From Methanobacteriota archaeon (lineage in GTDB: Archaea; Thermoplasmatota; Thermoplasmata; Lutacidiplasmatales; UBA184), in NCBI GenBank assembly GCA_013290045.1, contig JABCYU010000002.1:1-47430 (forward strand): DNA of 47,430 bases, given 5' to 3'. The first letter of the stretch is position 1; each line of letters begins with the position of its first letter. A program made the position numbers and the translations under genes. Below are positions 16,696-25,846 of the stretch, piece after piece. Under the pieces are notes generated by a model, which was not told the origin of the DNA, ran no database searches, and saw only the letters and a list, made by a program, of their open reading frames with translations.

Positions 16696-18338
16696 AGCTT
16701 CACCTCACCCTAGCACTCGCCATCGCACTGATCGTCGACCTGGTGGTCTTCTTCGGCGTCGGGTTCGGCACGGGAAGTCTGTGCACGGTCGCACAAGCCG
16801 GGTGCACACCGGGAGGGACTCTGTCACAGACCACGAACGGCCCCGGCGGGATCATGTTCCAGGTGGCGTTCGGGCAGGCACCGAACAACGGATTCTACAC
16901 TTCCGACTACAACTCGAACGGGACCAGCACTCCAATCTCCTGGAACCTACAGACGTTCGTCGGAAACAACTCGTGCACCCAAGGGCCCGGATGGGAGGTC
17001 GGGAGCACCTTCGACTACGGGTGGTACCAGATATTCTTGACCTACCAGGGGTCCCTTCTTCCGATCGTTGCGCAGGGAGCGGCAGGACTCTCGGCTGGAC
17101 CGTCAAACGGCAATGCCTACTCCTACTACACCGTCTCTGAGAACAGCAGCGCGACGCAGTCGGCGTACTGTTACGGAGGTGGCGCCCAGAGCTCGGGCGG
17201 TTCGTTCTACCTGACGACCATCGCCCTCCAGGGGACCTACCAGGATTACTCGGTCCTGCACGTCCGGTTCTTCACTGAGACCCGCTACTGCAACTCGGCG
17301 TTCCAGTTTTCGAGGATCCCCCAATGCACGCTGGGGGGCAACAGCCTCGGACAGACCGGGTCCCCATGGCAGGGTAACGCCGAGGGTCAGATCTTCGTCC
17401 GATCCGGCTACACCGCGATGTTCCCACAGCAGGGCGTTGCCTACAACGGCGGCACTCTGTCGGTTCCCTACTCCACCGGCTACGACGCGGGCACCGGCTA
17501 CTCGATGACCTTCAACTACGGTCCCTGCCGCCCGAACGCGATGGGTGTCATCCAGACCCTTACCCTCGTTCAGAGCACGCTCGGAGTGGCCACCTTCAAC
17601 GTCCCTCAGGGGCTCGCTCAGCTAACGAACACGACTTGCGCCCCGCCATTCACCTACAACGAGTTCTACGTCATCCTTTACTCGGGGCAATTCCCACTCG
17701 CTTGGATCAGTCGACAGCTCGTCGACGTAAGCCCTTCGACCGCCCCGGGGGTCCCCCAGATTTCGCTGACCGACGCCACCGGACACAGCCCCGCGCAGGT
17801 CGGCGACACGATCGTAATGACGTTCAACGCCAGCTACACGGCGGCAGGCGGAAAGATTAGCACGTTCAACGTGGCGGGCTTCTACAACGTACCGGGAGTC
17901 CCCACGCCCCCGGTCCAGGCCCAATACTGGATCGCAGGCAACGCGCAGGGGTCGAACGTCGCCGCTACTTGCTCGGGGAACGCATCGTTCGGCGTCTGCA
18001 CCGGCACCTACCGTTTCCAGCTCACCTACCTCGATGACGTCACCGTAACGGTACAGGACATCACAACGCTGAACCAGGGCAATCAGAACGTGGTCACTCT
18101 CCAGGTGACCCCGTCCGGTTGCGCCTCGGCGACCTGCAACGGGCTTCCCGCGGGCCTGTGGCAGTGGGTCGGACCCCTCACCCTGGTGGTGGCGATCGCC
18201 CTCTCCGTTTCCTTACTGGTCTTCTGGGTACCACTTCCAATCCAATTCCGCATCATCGCTCTGGGAGTGACCCTGATCGCTCTTGCGGTGTTGTACGGCC
18301 CGATTAGTGGCCTATTCGTCCCAGGGGGCCCCCTCTGA
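16692..18338 (+). CDS. large secreted, C-terminally membrane-anchored surface protein (548 aa)
   Basis: The TTG start overlaps the upstream TGA (TTGA). Signal LTLALAIALIVDLVVFFGVGFG, Cys/Gly/Thr-rich ectodomain with sequons, and C-terminal TMs LTLVVAIALSVSLLVFWV and IIALGVTLIALAVLYG. Confidence 0.85.
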   Translation: MKLHLTLALAIALIVDLVVFFGVGFGTGSLCTVAQAGCTPGGTLSQTTNGPGGIMFQVAFGQAPNNGFYTSDYNSNGTSTPISWNLQTFVGNNSCTQGPGWEVGSTFDYGWYQIFLTYQGSLLPIVAQGAAGLSAGPSNGNAYSYYTVSENSSATQSAYCYGGGAQSSGGSFYLTTIALQGTYQDYSVLHVRFFTETRYCNSAFQFSRIPQCTLGGNSLGQTGSPWQGNAEGQIFVRSGYTAMFPQQGVAYNGGTLSVPYSTGYDAGTGYSMTFNYGPCRPNAMGVIQTLTLVQSTLGVATFNVPQGLAQLTNTTCAPPFTYNEFYVILYSGQFPLAWISRQLVDVSPSTAPGVPQISLTDATGHSPAQVGDTIVMTFNASYTAAGGKISTFNVAGFYNVPGVPTPPVQAQYWIAGNAQGSNVAATCSGNASFGVCTGTYRFQLTYLDDVTVTVQDITTLNQGNQNVVTLQVTPSGCASATCNGLPAGLWQWVGPLTLVVAIALSVSLLVFWVPLPIQFRIIALGVTLIALAVLYGPISGLFVPGGPL

Positions 18339-19297
18339 TGGTCGGAATCGGGACCCCGAACGTCGTCCTCTCGTTGATCGGGTTGAGCATCCTGGGCGCG
18401 GGACTCTTGGGCGCAGCGGGAGTCGGACCGATTGCCCTCGCTGGGCTCGGCCCGGCTCAGCTTTCAGTGGGGATCGTGGCCCAGTTCTCCTGGAAGACGG
18501 CGAACCTCACTGCGATCGTCACGCCGAACAATGTGCTACCGGCCGGGGGCTCGAACTCGGTTCCCGGTTGTCCGTCGTTCTCGAGCACGATCTACTGGGG
18601 TGACGGCGCCGTCGTGCCCGCCAACGCCGCCGCTTCGTACACGCACACCTACATCCAGAACGGTATCTACACGGTCTCCGAGACGGTCCTCGAGACTCTC
18701 TGCACCATCCCGAAGAGCACGAGCCAGGTCTCCGTTTCCGCCCAACTCACCGCCCCATCGGCGACAAGCGGGACGGCCAGCAGCGGTCTCGGAAAGACCC
18801 CATCGAGCGTCGCCCCGTCGTTCTCGGTGCAGACCTCGAACCTCAACGTCACCCTGCGAGACACCTCAGTCGCGACGAACGAGTCGATCAAGGCCGTGAC
18901 TTTTGCCTTCGGTGACGGGGCGATGTCGACCCCTGGTGCGGGAGGTCTGGTCACAAGCCACGTCTACACGGCCGCAGGGACCTACCGAGTCCTCGAGACC
19001 GTCACCGGGAGCGCGCAGGTCTACTGCTCAAACTGTGGGGCGGGAACCTACCCGATCTTCACCACAGCGACGAACGTCACGGTCGTTGTCGGCGTCTCCT
19101 CGGCCGCCACCGTCGTAGGCCCGTCGCCGCCCCCGGCGGCCAGCGGGGCGTTATCCGGACCCGTCCTTGCGGCCATCTTCGGAGGTGGGGCCCTTGCGGG
19201 TCTTCCTCTGGTCCTCCGGTCTCGATTCGGCACGGCTCTCGGACTTTCCGGGGCCGCGGGAGTCATCGGATTCGCGTTCGGCGTGGGGTGGATCTGA
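18338..19297 (+). CDS. membrane-anchored protein with two PKD-like domains
   Basis: TIYWGDGAVVPANAAASYTHTYIQNGIYTVSETV and VTFAFGDGAMSTPGAGGLVTSHVYTAAGTYRVLETV (WxxGDG...HxYxxxGxYxV). It has both N- and C-terminal TM segments. Confidence 0.85.
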   Translation: MVGIGTPNVVLSLIGLSILGAGLLGAAGVGPIALAGLGPAQLSVGIVAQFSWKTANLTAIVTPNNVLPAGGSNSVPGCPSFSSTIYWGDGAVVPANAAASYTHTYIQNGIYTVSETVLETLCTIPKSTSQVSVSAQLTAPSATSGTASSGLGKTPSSVAPSFSVQTSNLNVTLRDTSVATNESIKAVTFAFGDGAMSTPGAGGLVTSHVYTAAGTYRVLETVTGSAQVYCSNCGAGTYPIFTTATNVTVVVGVSSAATVVGPSPPPAASGALSGPVLAAIFGGGALAGLPLVLRSRFGTALGLSGAAGVIGFAFGVGWI

Positions 19298-20343
19298 TGA
19301 ATCCCATCACGACCTCCTTCCTCGTTGTCGGCTTCCTCGGTCTCTTCCTTGGGATTGGAGGGAGCGTCGGCATTGTGCCTCTGGCGGTGTTCAACTGCAG
19401 CACCTGCTACGTCCCAGGAACGAACTCTGGGACCGTCCCAGGTATCCCCACGTGCAGCGGCACGAACACGATCTGCCCCAACGTGGTCTTCCTCGAGAAG
19501 GGGTACAAGCTCGTTGGCTGGATCAACGGTACCTATGCGCTGGGCGTTACCATCGACAACAACCCATCGGCGTACGACACCTCCTACGTGCAGTTCAGCC
19601 CGTCGACCGGGAAGGGTTGTGGCACCAATGGGGGGACCTGCCTGTTCTCGTTCAACGTCAGTTCCATTCGTCAAACTGGGGGCGCTTTCTACGAAGCGTT
19701 CAGCTACACATTCCCCGGTGGCTGGACCTACCCCGGGACTTTCCCCGGCTCGTACAACCTCAACACCCAGATCATCTACACCCAAACCTCCCTTGGCGTG
19801 ACTTCGAAGGTCTCCCTCTACACAGTGCCGCAGCCGATCTCAATACCCGGAAACCAGACCTTCAGCAACTGCGGTAACTCCTGCTTCTCCCTGTCCGCAG
19901 GGTTCTCCTTCTCCCTGTCTGGCTTGTTCGGTGCGTTCAACGACACGTCAGCCGTGACGGGCGGGTCAGTGGCCAACGCCACCTGGTCGTTCGGAGACGG
20001 ATCCACCGCGACCGGGACCCGCGTGACCCACGTCTTCACCGCGGTGGGGCAGTATCGAGTGTCCGAGACCGTGGTGGCGCAGAACACGGGTGGCGTTCAG
20101 CAGCTCTTCGCCACCACGACACTACCGGTGAACATCACCCTCTCCCAGGTGGGACCCCTGATCAAGGGCCAGACGAACCCTACGACGTCCGGGTCATTGG
20201 GATTTTTCCACCCGTCACTGGTGGACGGAATCCTCATTGGCGCCTCCGTGGCCCTCATTCTAGCCGCGTGGCTGCCCAAACACCCGGTCGTAATCCTTGG
20301 GGCTGTCGCCGCTGGCGGGACTCTGGGGGGGCTGCTCCTTTGA
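19297..20343 (+). CDS. membrane-anchored surface protein with a PKD-like domain
   Basis: ATWSFGDGSTATGTRVTHVFTAVGQYRVSETV. N-terminal anchor SFLVVGFLGLFLGIGG and a C-terminal TM. ATG 19297 (TGATG overlap) is preferred over track GTG 19288. Confidence 0.85.
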   Translation: MNPITTSFLVVGFLGLFLGIGGSVGIVPLAVFNCSTCYVPGTNSGTVPGIPTCSGTNTICPNVVFLEKGYKLVGWINGTYALGVTIDNNPSAYDTSYVQFSPSTGKGCGTNGGTCLFSFNVSSIRQTGGAFYEAFSYTFPGGWTYPGTFPGSYNLNTQIIYTQTSLGVTSKVSLYTVPQPISIPGNQTFSNCGNSCFSLSAGFSFSLSGLFGAFNDTSAVTGGSVANATWSFGDGSTATGTRVTHVFTAVGQYRVSETVVAQNTGGVQQLFATTTLPVNITLSQVGPLIKGQTNPTTSGSLGFFHPSLVDGILIGASVALILAAWLPKHPVVILGAVAAGGTLGGLLL

Positions 20344-20684
20344 TGGGCAGGCTCGACCCGCGACCGAAGCCCGCCTACGTCGACGTCCCGATGGATTACG
20401 ACACGTGGGAACGCCTCCGGGAGGGCACCGGATGGGACCACGAGAAGGCGATCGAGAAGCTACACGCTCGAGCCGTGGAGCAGCTGCGCGCATCGCGACC
20501 CAACTGGAAGGAGGACGAGATCCACCACGTCGCCCAGGAGACGATGTTCAGGGACTCGTGCCGGGCGGCCTACTATCAGGCGCTGACGGAGATGCAGAAG
20601 CGCCGGCGGCTGCCGAAGACCCTCCGCATTACGTTCACTCGGCCCGGAACCCGGGACGACCGTGAAAGGGAGGTAGGATCGTGA
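20343..20684 (+). CDS. hypothetical soluble protein (113 aa)
   Basis: The ATG overlaps the upstream TGA. MGRLDPRPKPAYVDVPMDYDTWERLREGTGWDHEKAIEKL... Confidence 0.7.
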   Translation: MGRLDPRPKPAYVDVPMDYDTWERLREGTGWDHEKAIEKLHARAVEQLRASRPNWKEDEIHHVAQETMFRDSCRAAYYQALTEMQKRRRLPKTLRITFTRPGTRDDREREVGS

Positions 20685-21355
20685 GGACGTATCTGCTGGT
20701 GTTGGCGATTGCGATCAGCGGAGTGCTCGGGGTCCAGATGTTCCTGGCGGAGGGCGCGCCAGCCAACCCCACGATGTCGCTTCAGAGCGGCCTGACCCCC
20801 GGCGTCGCCCAGCAGGCCCAAGTGGTCGTGAGCTCCCAGATGTTCAGCGTCCAGCCGCCCAACTCGATCGACCAACTCGGGGCGAAGGTGGTCTACAGCG
20901 CCTTCCAGAACGGGATCCAGGTGGCGTTCCAGCAATCCCAGGCGCTCGGGATCACCGGGGGGTCGGGAAGCCTATACCTGCTCACTGCGACCTTACCGAT
21001 CAGCCTCTCCGCGCTCTGCAGCGGATCCCAGTGCGGCGGGTACATCGAGAACCTGACGGTGACGGCCCAAGTGGTCGTTCCGACCTACGACGGGGTCTAC
21101 ACCAGCGCACCCATCACCGTGACCTTCCTGAGCGCGGGAAGCCTTCCCTCGGGCCTCCAGCCGACGTACGGCCCCACCACCCAGCCACCGGCCTCGATGA
21201 ACCAGTTCAACATCAATCTCTGGGGCGCCCTGACCCTCGCCGTAGCGCTTGACCTCGCGCTGGCCGCGGCGATCACCAAGCACCCGGCGTTCGTCCTGCC
21301 GTGGGGACTGGCCGTGGCAGTCCTCGCTTTCGAAACTGTCCTGTGGGGGCTCTAA
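20681..21355 (+). CDS. secreted protein with a C-terminal membrane anchor (224 aa)
   Basis: GTGA overlap. Signal MRTYLLVLAIAISGVLGVQMFLA. C-terminal TMs LWGALTLAVALDLALAAAI and WGLAVAVLAFETVLWGL. Confidence 0.8.
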   Translation: MRTYLLVLAIAISGVLGVQMFLAEGAPANPTMSLQSGLTPGVAQQAQVVVSSQMFSVQPPNSIDQLGAKVVYSAFQNGIQVAFQQSQALGITGGSGSLYLLTATLPISLSALCSGSQCGGYIENLTVTAQVVVPTYDGVYTSAPITVTFLSAGSLPSGLQPTYGPTTQPPASMNQFNINLWGALTLAVALDLALAAAITKHPAFVLPWGLAVAVLAFETVLWGL

Positions 21356-24300
21356 GCCGACACTTCCTTCTCCGGGGGTCGGGCGCCCTTAGTGCGGTGG
21401 CTCTGGCGAGCGTGAGCCTTCTTCTCGTATCGGGTTGCCATCTCCCCACCACTCCCACTGCGGTGACGATCGACGTCCCACGGTTGGCGCCTCCTGCTCA
21501 CCCTGCCAATGCTCTGGAGGCCTCGACGAAACCCCCCGCCGAGGTCTCCTTCCCCAACACGCACGTGACCCCGCTGGCTGGTGGGACACCCCAGTGGGCC
21601 ACGATCTGCGCCACCGGCGGGGCCTCCTCCGGGTTCATTTGCCCGAACCAGCCGAGCAAGGTCTGGGGATCCGGCCTCGTGTGGGACGCGGCCGACAACT
21701 ACGTGATGCACTTCGGCGGGGCGACCACCGCTACGGGGGCGAACAAGCAGGAGACCTACCGGTGGGCGAACGGGGCCTGGACCAACCTCGCTCCCGGAAC
21801 CCAACCGCAGAACCGCGCCAACTTCACGATGGTCTACGACACCGCCGACTCCTACGTGTTCCTGTTCGGCGGGTACATCACGGGAGCCGGCACGGGAGAC
21901 TGGGGCGACTCGTGGAAGTACGTCGGCGGAACCTGGACGAAGCTCTCGCAAACCACCGCGGGCCTGAACGCCCGATCGGGAATGTGCGGCGTCTACGTCC
22001 CGTTGGTCAGCGGCCACGGGGGGTACGTCCTGATGTTCGGTGGGAAGTACAACGGGTCGGCCGCCGGGAACTATCCGACGGACACGTGGAAGTTCGTCGG
22101 CGGCAGCTGGACGAACATCACGGCGAGCGTCGGATCCGCACCCGCCGGTAGGGTCGGAGGATCCTGCGCGTACGACTCGGTCGACAACTACGTAGTCCTG
22201 TTCGGCGGGGTCGGATCGGGAGGAACCGAGACCAACGACGTCTGGAAGTTCGACCCGGCTGGAGGCACGACCGGGACGTGGACGCAGCTCTCGGCGAACG
22301 GAGCCGGAGGCAAACCGAGCGCTCGAGCCTACTCCGAGCTCGTCTACAACTCGTTCTCTCAGAAGGTCGTTCTCAGCCAGGGTGCTCGGGGCACGATCGC
22401 CACTATGGGAGCGATCCCGTTCGATTTCTGGTCCTACGTCGGGGGAACCTGGACCAACCAGACCGCCGTCTGGAACGTCATCGGGGCGAATCCCCCGGCG
22501 ATGTACGGGAACACGGTCGCCGACGTCAACGCGTACGGCTACTCGATGTACTACGGCGGGATGAAGGCCGCCGGCGGCACGATCAACGGGACGTTCGCTC
22601 TCGGCAACATCCTGACATCCCAAGGGACGGCGTCCAACCCCGGGGAGATGGCAACCTCCACGGTCGTGAACTTCTGGAACAACGTTACCGGCGGGTCGGG
22701 GACCTACACCTACGTCTACCACGGCCTGCCGACTGGATGCGCTACGACGAACTCGAGCCACTTCACGTGCACCGCGACCACGGCCGGAGTGTTCATGGTC
22801 AACTGCACGACCACCGACACCGGCGGCCAGTCGACGAACAGCAACCAGATCAAGGTGGTCGTCGACTCGAGCGCGAGCGTCGCGGGATCCCTGAACGCCG
22901 GGACCTTCCTCTACAATCCTCCCCCGTTCTTCTTCGGGGCCGACATTTGGTCGAACATGACCTCGGGGATCGGCCCGGGAGCGGTCGCCAACCTGCTGAA
23001 CGCCACCCCGATCAAGCTGCTGCACTTCTACGGCGACTTCGACAAGACCAACATGAGCATCGGCTACCAGGGACAGGGGTACGGGTCGAACGGGGTCGCC
23101 CACATTCCCGTGTGGGTCACCTACAACATGAGCAACTACCGTGCCCTCTGCCAGTTCATCGGTTGCACGGCGTGGATCTCCAACCCCTCCCAGACGAACG
23201 ACAGCGGAGCCGAAGTGGCCGAGATCAACCAATGGGAAAGCCGGTGGGGGTTCACCCCTGCCTTCCTCACGATGGGGGTAGAGATCTCGGCCTGGAACCA
23301 CTTCAACATCCCCTACACGAGCTGGTCGGGCGGCGACGCGAGCACCCCGACGGGGGTTCAGTACTCTCTTGAACTCCAGCACATGATCCCGCTCATCCGC
23401 GCCGTCGACCCGAACCTCAAGTTCCTCGCTCAGTTCATCGGCGGGACCGTCACCAACGGGTCGATGGCCCAATGGATCCAGAACATCTCGAAGAACCTGT
23501 GCGGCGGTGCCAACGGCGTCCAGGGCGTGGGGCTGGACATCTACCCGCAGCAGGGCAACGGATTCGGCAACGTCAATCTCTACCAGTTCTTCAACAACCT
23601 CTCAATCGTCTCGAGCCGGATGGCCGCCATCCAGGGCCAGGTGGCCCTGGGCAACGCGGCCTGCACCTCGATCCAGTCGATCGTCGGTGAGAACAACGCG
23701 GGGAACGGGGGGAGCTCGTGGGCGCCCTACATGCAGGCGTATCCGGACGTGCCGTGGGTCGCCTCGGCGGTCATCCAGAGCTTCCTGAAGCAGGTCTACA
23801 TCTACAACACGTGGTCGGCGACGGAGACGGCCAACCTCGGCGGTGGGAACGGGGGGACGTTCTCCATGATCAACATGACGACGGGGGCGACCAAGCCCCT
23901 CTACGGACTCTACTCGGGGATCCTCTCCCACATGTCGTTCGGGTCGATCTACAAGGCCCCGGTGACCACGGCGATGAGCGGCATCTACTCCGTCGAAGGT
24001 TTCACCCCCGGCAACTCGATCTTGGTCGACAACACGAACACCACCGTCTCGCTGGTGTTCAGCCCGACGAACTTCCCGACGTCCGAAGGGGTCACGACCT
24101 ACTCCGACTCACAGGCGAACGGGATCCAGACGGCAGCTTACGGGCCCGGTGCGGTCCCCGCCACGTTCACCATCCCTCCAATGGGGGTCCTGCTACTCAA
24201 CCAGGGGACCGGAACCGTTGTCGGTGGAGTGGGCCCCGGTTCGAGCCCGATCGCATCTCCCACGAACCTCACCGTCACCGGGGTCACCTTCAACACGGTC

Positions 24301-24681
24301 TCCCTGGCGTGGTCCGGCGTTCCGACGACCGCCACGAACGTCACGGTCTACTGGGGACCGTCCTGCGTAACTTGGGCGAGCTCTGCCGTCCTTGGGCCGG
24401 TGACCAAGTTCACCGTCACCGGGCTGGCCCCAATCAACCGGTACTGCTTCGCGGTCTCCGCCTCCGCCCCGAACGCAGGCAACTCTCCGCTGAGCTCCAC
24501 CGTCACGGCGACCACCCTACCCAATCCGATCCCACTTCCGGGCCTGCCCTTCGATAGTTGGAAGGCGGTCGGTGGCGGCCTCGCCCTCGTCGGGTTCACG
24601 ACCATGGTCATCCCGAATCCACGGCGTTGGTTGGGCGTTCTCCTGTTCATGTTCGGGGTCATTTCGGTGGTGTTCCTCTGA
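21343..24681 (+). CDS. giant surface lipoprotein candidate: lipobox, Kelch-type beta-propeller repeats, PKD/Ig-like domain, large central domain, FN3 domain, C-terminal TM
   Basis: LLLVSGC lipobox. Repeats YVMHFGG / YVFLFGGY / YVLMFGGK / YVVLFGGV are each followed by W(K/R)(Y/F)xxGxWT. FN3: PTNLTVTGVTFNTVSLAWSG...VYWG...FTVTGLAPINRYCFAVSA. C-terminal TM WLGVLLFMFGVISVVFL. The start is uncertain (GTG 21301, 21343 or 21397). Confidence 0.9.
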   Translation: MGALSRHFLLRGSGALSAVALASVSLLLVSGCHLPTTPTAVTIDVPRLAPPAHPANALEASTKPPAEVSFPNTHVTPLAGGTPQWATICATGGASSGFICPNQPSKVWGSGLVWDAADNYVMHFGGATTATGANKQETYRWANGAWTNLAPGTQPQNRANFTMVYDTADSYVFLFGGYITGAGTGDWGDSWKYVGGTWTKLSQTTAGLNARSGMCGVYVPLVSGHGGYVLMFGGKYNGSAAGNYPTDTWKFVGGSWTNITASVGSAPAGRVGGSCAYDSVDNYVVLFGGVGSGGTETNDVWKFDPAGGTTGTWTQLSANGAGGKPSARAYSELVYNSFSQKVVLSQGARGTIATMGAIPFDFWSYVGGTWTNQTAVWNVIGANPPAMYGNTVADVNAYGYSMYYGGMKAAGGTINGTFALGNILTSQGTASNPGEMATSTVVNFWNNVTGGSGTYTYVYHGLPTGCATTNSSHFTCTATTAGVFMVNCTTTDTGGQSTNSNQIKVVVDSSASVAGSLNAGTFLYNPPPFFFGADIWSNMTSGIGPGAVANLLNATPIKLLHFYGDFDKTNMSIGYQGQGYGSNGVAHIPVWVTYNMSNYRALCQFIGCTAWISNPSQTNDSGAEVAEINQWESRWGFTPAFLTMGVEISAWNHFNIPYTSWSGGDASTPTGVQYSLELQHMIPLIRAVDPNLKFLAQFIGGTVTNGSMAQWIQNISKNLCGGANGVQGVGLDIYPQQGNGFGNVNLYQFFNNLSIVSSRMAAIQGQVALGNAACTSIQSIVGENNAGNGGSSWAPYMQAYPDVPWVASAVIQSFLKQVYIYNTWSATETANLGGGNGGTFSMINMTTGATKPLYGLYSGILSHMSFGSIYKAPVTTAMSGIYSVEGFTPGNSILVDNTNTTVSLVFSPTNFPTSEGVTTYSDSQANGIQTAAYGPGAVPATFTIPPMGVLLLNQGTGTVVGGVGPGSSPIASPTNLTVTGVTFNTVSLAWSGVPTTATNVTVYWGPSCVTWASSAVLGPVTKFTVTGLAPINRYCFAVSASAPNAGNSPLSSTVTATTLPNPIPLPGLPFDSWKAVGGGLALVGFTTMVIPNPRRWLGVLLFMFGVISVVFL

Positions 24682-24710
24682 AGCTTCGCCCGAATCTCCG
24701 AGCCGCCTCG

Positions 24711-24854
24711 GTGCCAGGGATCTATGCCACGGTTCTACTCATTTTCCTCGGCGCAACGTCCCTAGAATACGGACTCATCGCTCAATCCTGGCTCGCCGAC
24801 GGCGCAGGGGGGGTCCTTCTGGTGGCCGCAATCGCGGTGGGGTTGTTCCTCTGA
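24711..24854 (+). CDS. small 2-TM membrane protein
   Basis: GTG 24711 gives VPGIYATVLLIFLGATS...GGVLLVAAIAVGLFL. An alternative CTG 24678 overlaps the upstream TGA (CTGA) and would add a basic N-region KLRPNLR. Confidence 0.5.
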   Translation: MPGIYATVLLIFLGATSLEYGLIAQSWLADGAGGVLLVAAIAVGLFL

Positions 24855-25171
24855 AGCGCCGGCACCTGCTCGAGGTCCTGCTACTCGTCCTCGGCCTCTT
24901 GGCCATTGGCCTGGCTTCACATCCTCAGGCGTCGCCCCCGACGAGTTCCAGTCTCCGAGTGGCCTACTGCAACCCCCAGCCCTGTACGAACACGAGCTCG
25001 AGCACCCCCTACTACCAGACCCAGGCGGCGTGGGCCCAGCTCGGCAGCGAGATGATCCTCGGGGGCCTGATTCTGGTGGCCCTGTTCGCCACCGTCTACC
25101 GGCACCTTGCCCTCGGCATCTTCGGGGGCGTGGTGATGGTCGTCGGGATCCTGATCTACATTTTCCTGTGA
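24851..25171 (+). CDS. small secreted/membrane protein (106 aa) with an apparent non-canonical CTG start
   Basis: (L)KRRHLLEVLLLVLGLLAIGLASHP is a complete signal-like N-terminus. No in-frame ATG/GTG/TTG preserves it. The CTG overlaps the upstream TGA. C-terminal TMs are present. Confidence 0.55.
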   Translation: MKRRHLLEVLLLVLGLLAIGLASHPQASPPTSSSLRVAYCNPQPCTNTSSSTPYYQTQAAWAQLGSEMILGGLILVALFATVYRHLALGIFGGVVMVVGILIYIFL

Positions 25172-25177
25172 GGGCAG

Positions 25178-25456
25178 ATGAACGATAAGGGAAGGAGCTG
25201 GAGGCGGAACCGGAGAGCTGCACTCAGCGTCGTTGCGGGTCTCGAGAGCCTCATCCTCCTTACCGCGGTCTTCGCAATCATGTTCGTCGCCCAGCCGAAG
25301 AGCAACGCGATCACCATCTTCATTTTCGTGCTCGTGTCGATGGCGCTCGGACTGATCACCATCGTCCCGCACGTCCTGGGCCTCATCGCGGGCGGAGCGA
25401 TCGGGATCGCCTCTGTGATGTTTCTGCTCGCCAACACCTGGTGGTTCCACCTGTAG
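25178..25456 (+). CDS. small 3-TM membrane protein (92 aa)
   Basis: Basic N-terminus KGRSWRRNRR, then three hydrophobic spans. Confidence 0.75.
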   Translation: MNDKGRSWRRNRRAALSVVAGLESLILLTAVFAIMFVAQPKSNAITIFIFVLVSMALGLITIVPHVLGLIAGGAIGIASVMFLLANTWWFHL

Positions 25457-25468
25457 GAGGCCCCGGAC

Positions 25469-25846
25469 GTGGTCGGGGCCCAGGACTTCCTCGCAGCTCC
25501 CGCCCTAAACGAGTTCGCTCATTTCGCCATCGGGGTAGTCGTCGTCTTCATCGCGATCGTGCTGATCCGGGGTGGCTGGTTCCCCATCGGCGCCGTGCTG
25601 CTCGCTGGGTTCGTCGCTTTCGTCTCGATCAAGGAGTTCTACATCGACGAAACGACCTCTTGTTTCGTCTCCCTCTGCGGGTACGGCCAGAGCGCAAACG
25701 GGGCTAGCGTTGACGCGGCGTTCTATCTCTTCGGAGGGGTCGCCGGGGCTTCGACCGGCGTTTTCTTCCCGAGCCCCTACGCGATCGGCTTCGCGTCGGT
25801 CTCCGTGGGAGTCGTAGGGCTCATGCTGCTGGCGGGCCTCATCTGA
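25469..25846 (+). CDS. polytopic membrane protein (125 aa)
   Basis: GTG 9 nt after AGGAGG. Four hydrophobic spans. Last gene of the plus-strand block. Confidence 0.75.
   Translation: MVGAQDFLAAPALNEFAHFAIGVVVVFIAIVLIRGGWFPIGAVLLAGFVAFVSIKEFYIDETTSCFVSLCGYGQSANGASVDAAFYLFGGVAGASTGVFFPSPYAIGFASVSVGVVGLMLLAGLI

Noticed and set aside
21352-23472. 706-aa minus-strand ORF antisense to the giant surface protein gene
   Set aside because: Composition is dominated by R, G, P, V and D with no motifs. The plus-strand frame carries clear Kelch repeats, sequons and a signal. It is an antisense artefact of high GC3.
22900-24200. Glycoside-hydrolase (TIM-barrel) domain in the centre of the giant surface protein
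   Set aside because: It rests only on a weak E-containing motif (MGVEISAWNHF) and general composition, and no catalytic signature was identifiable by eye. It is mentioned as a possibility only.
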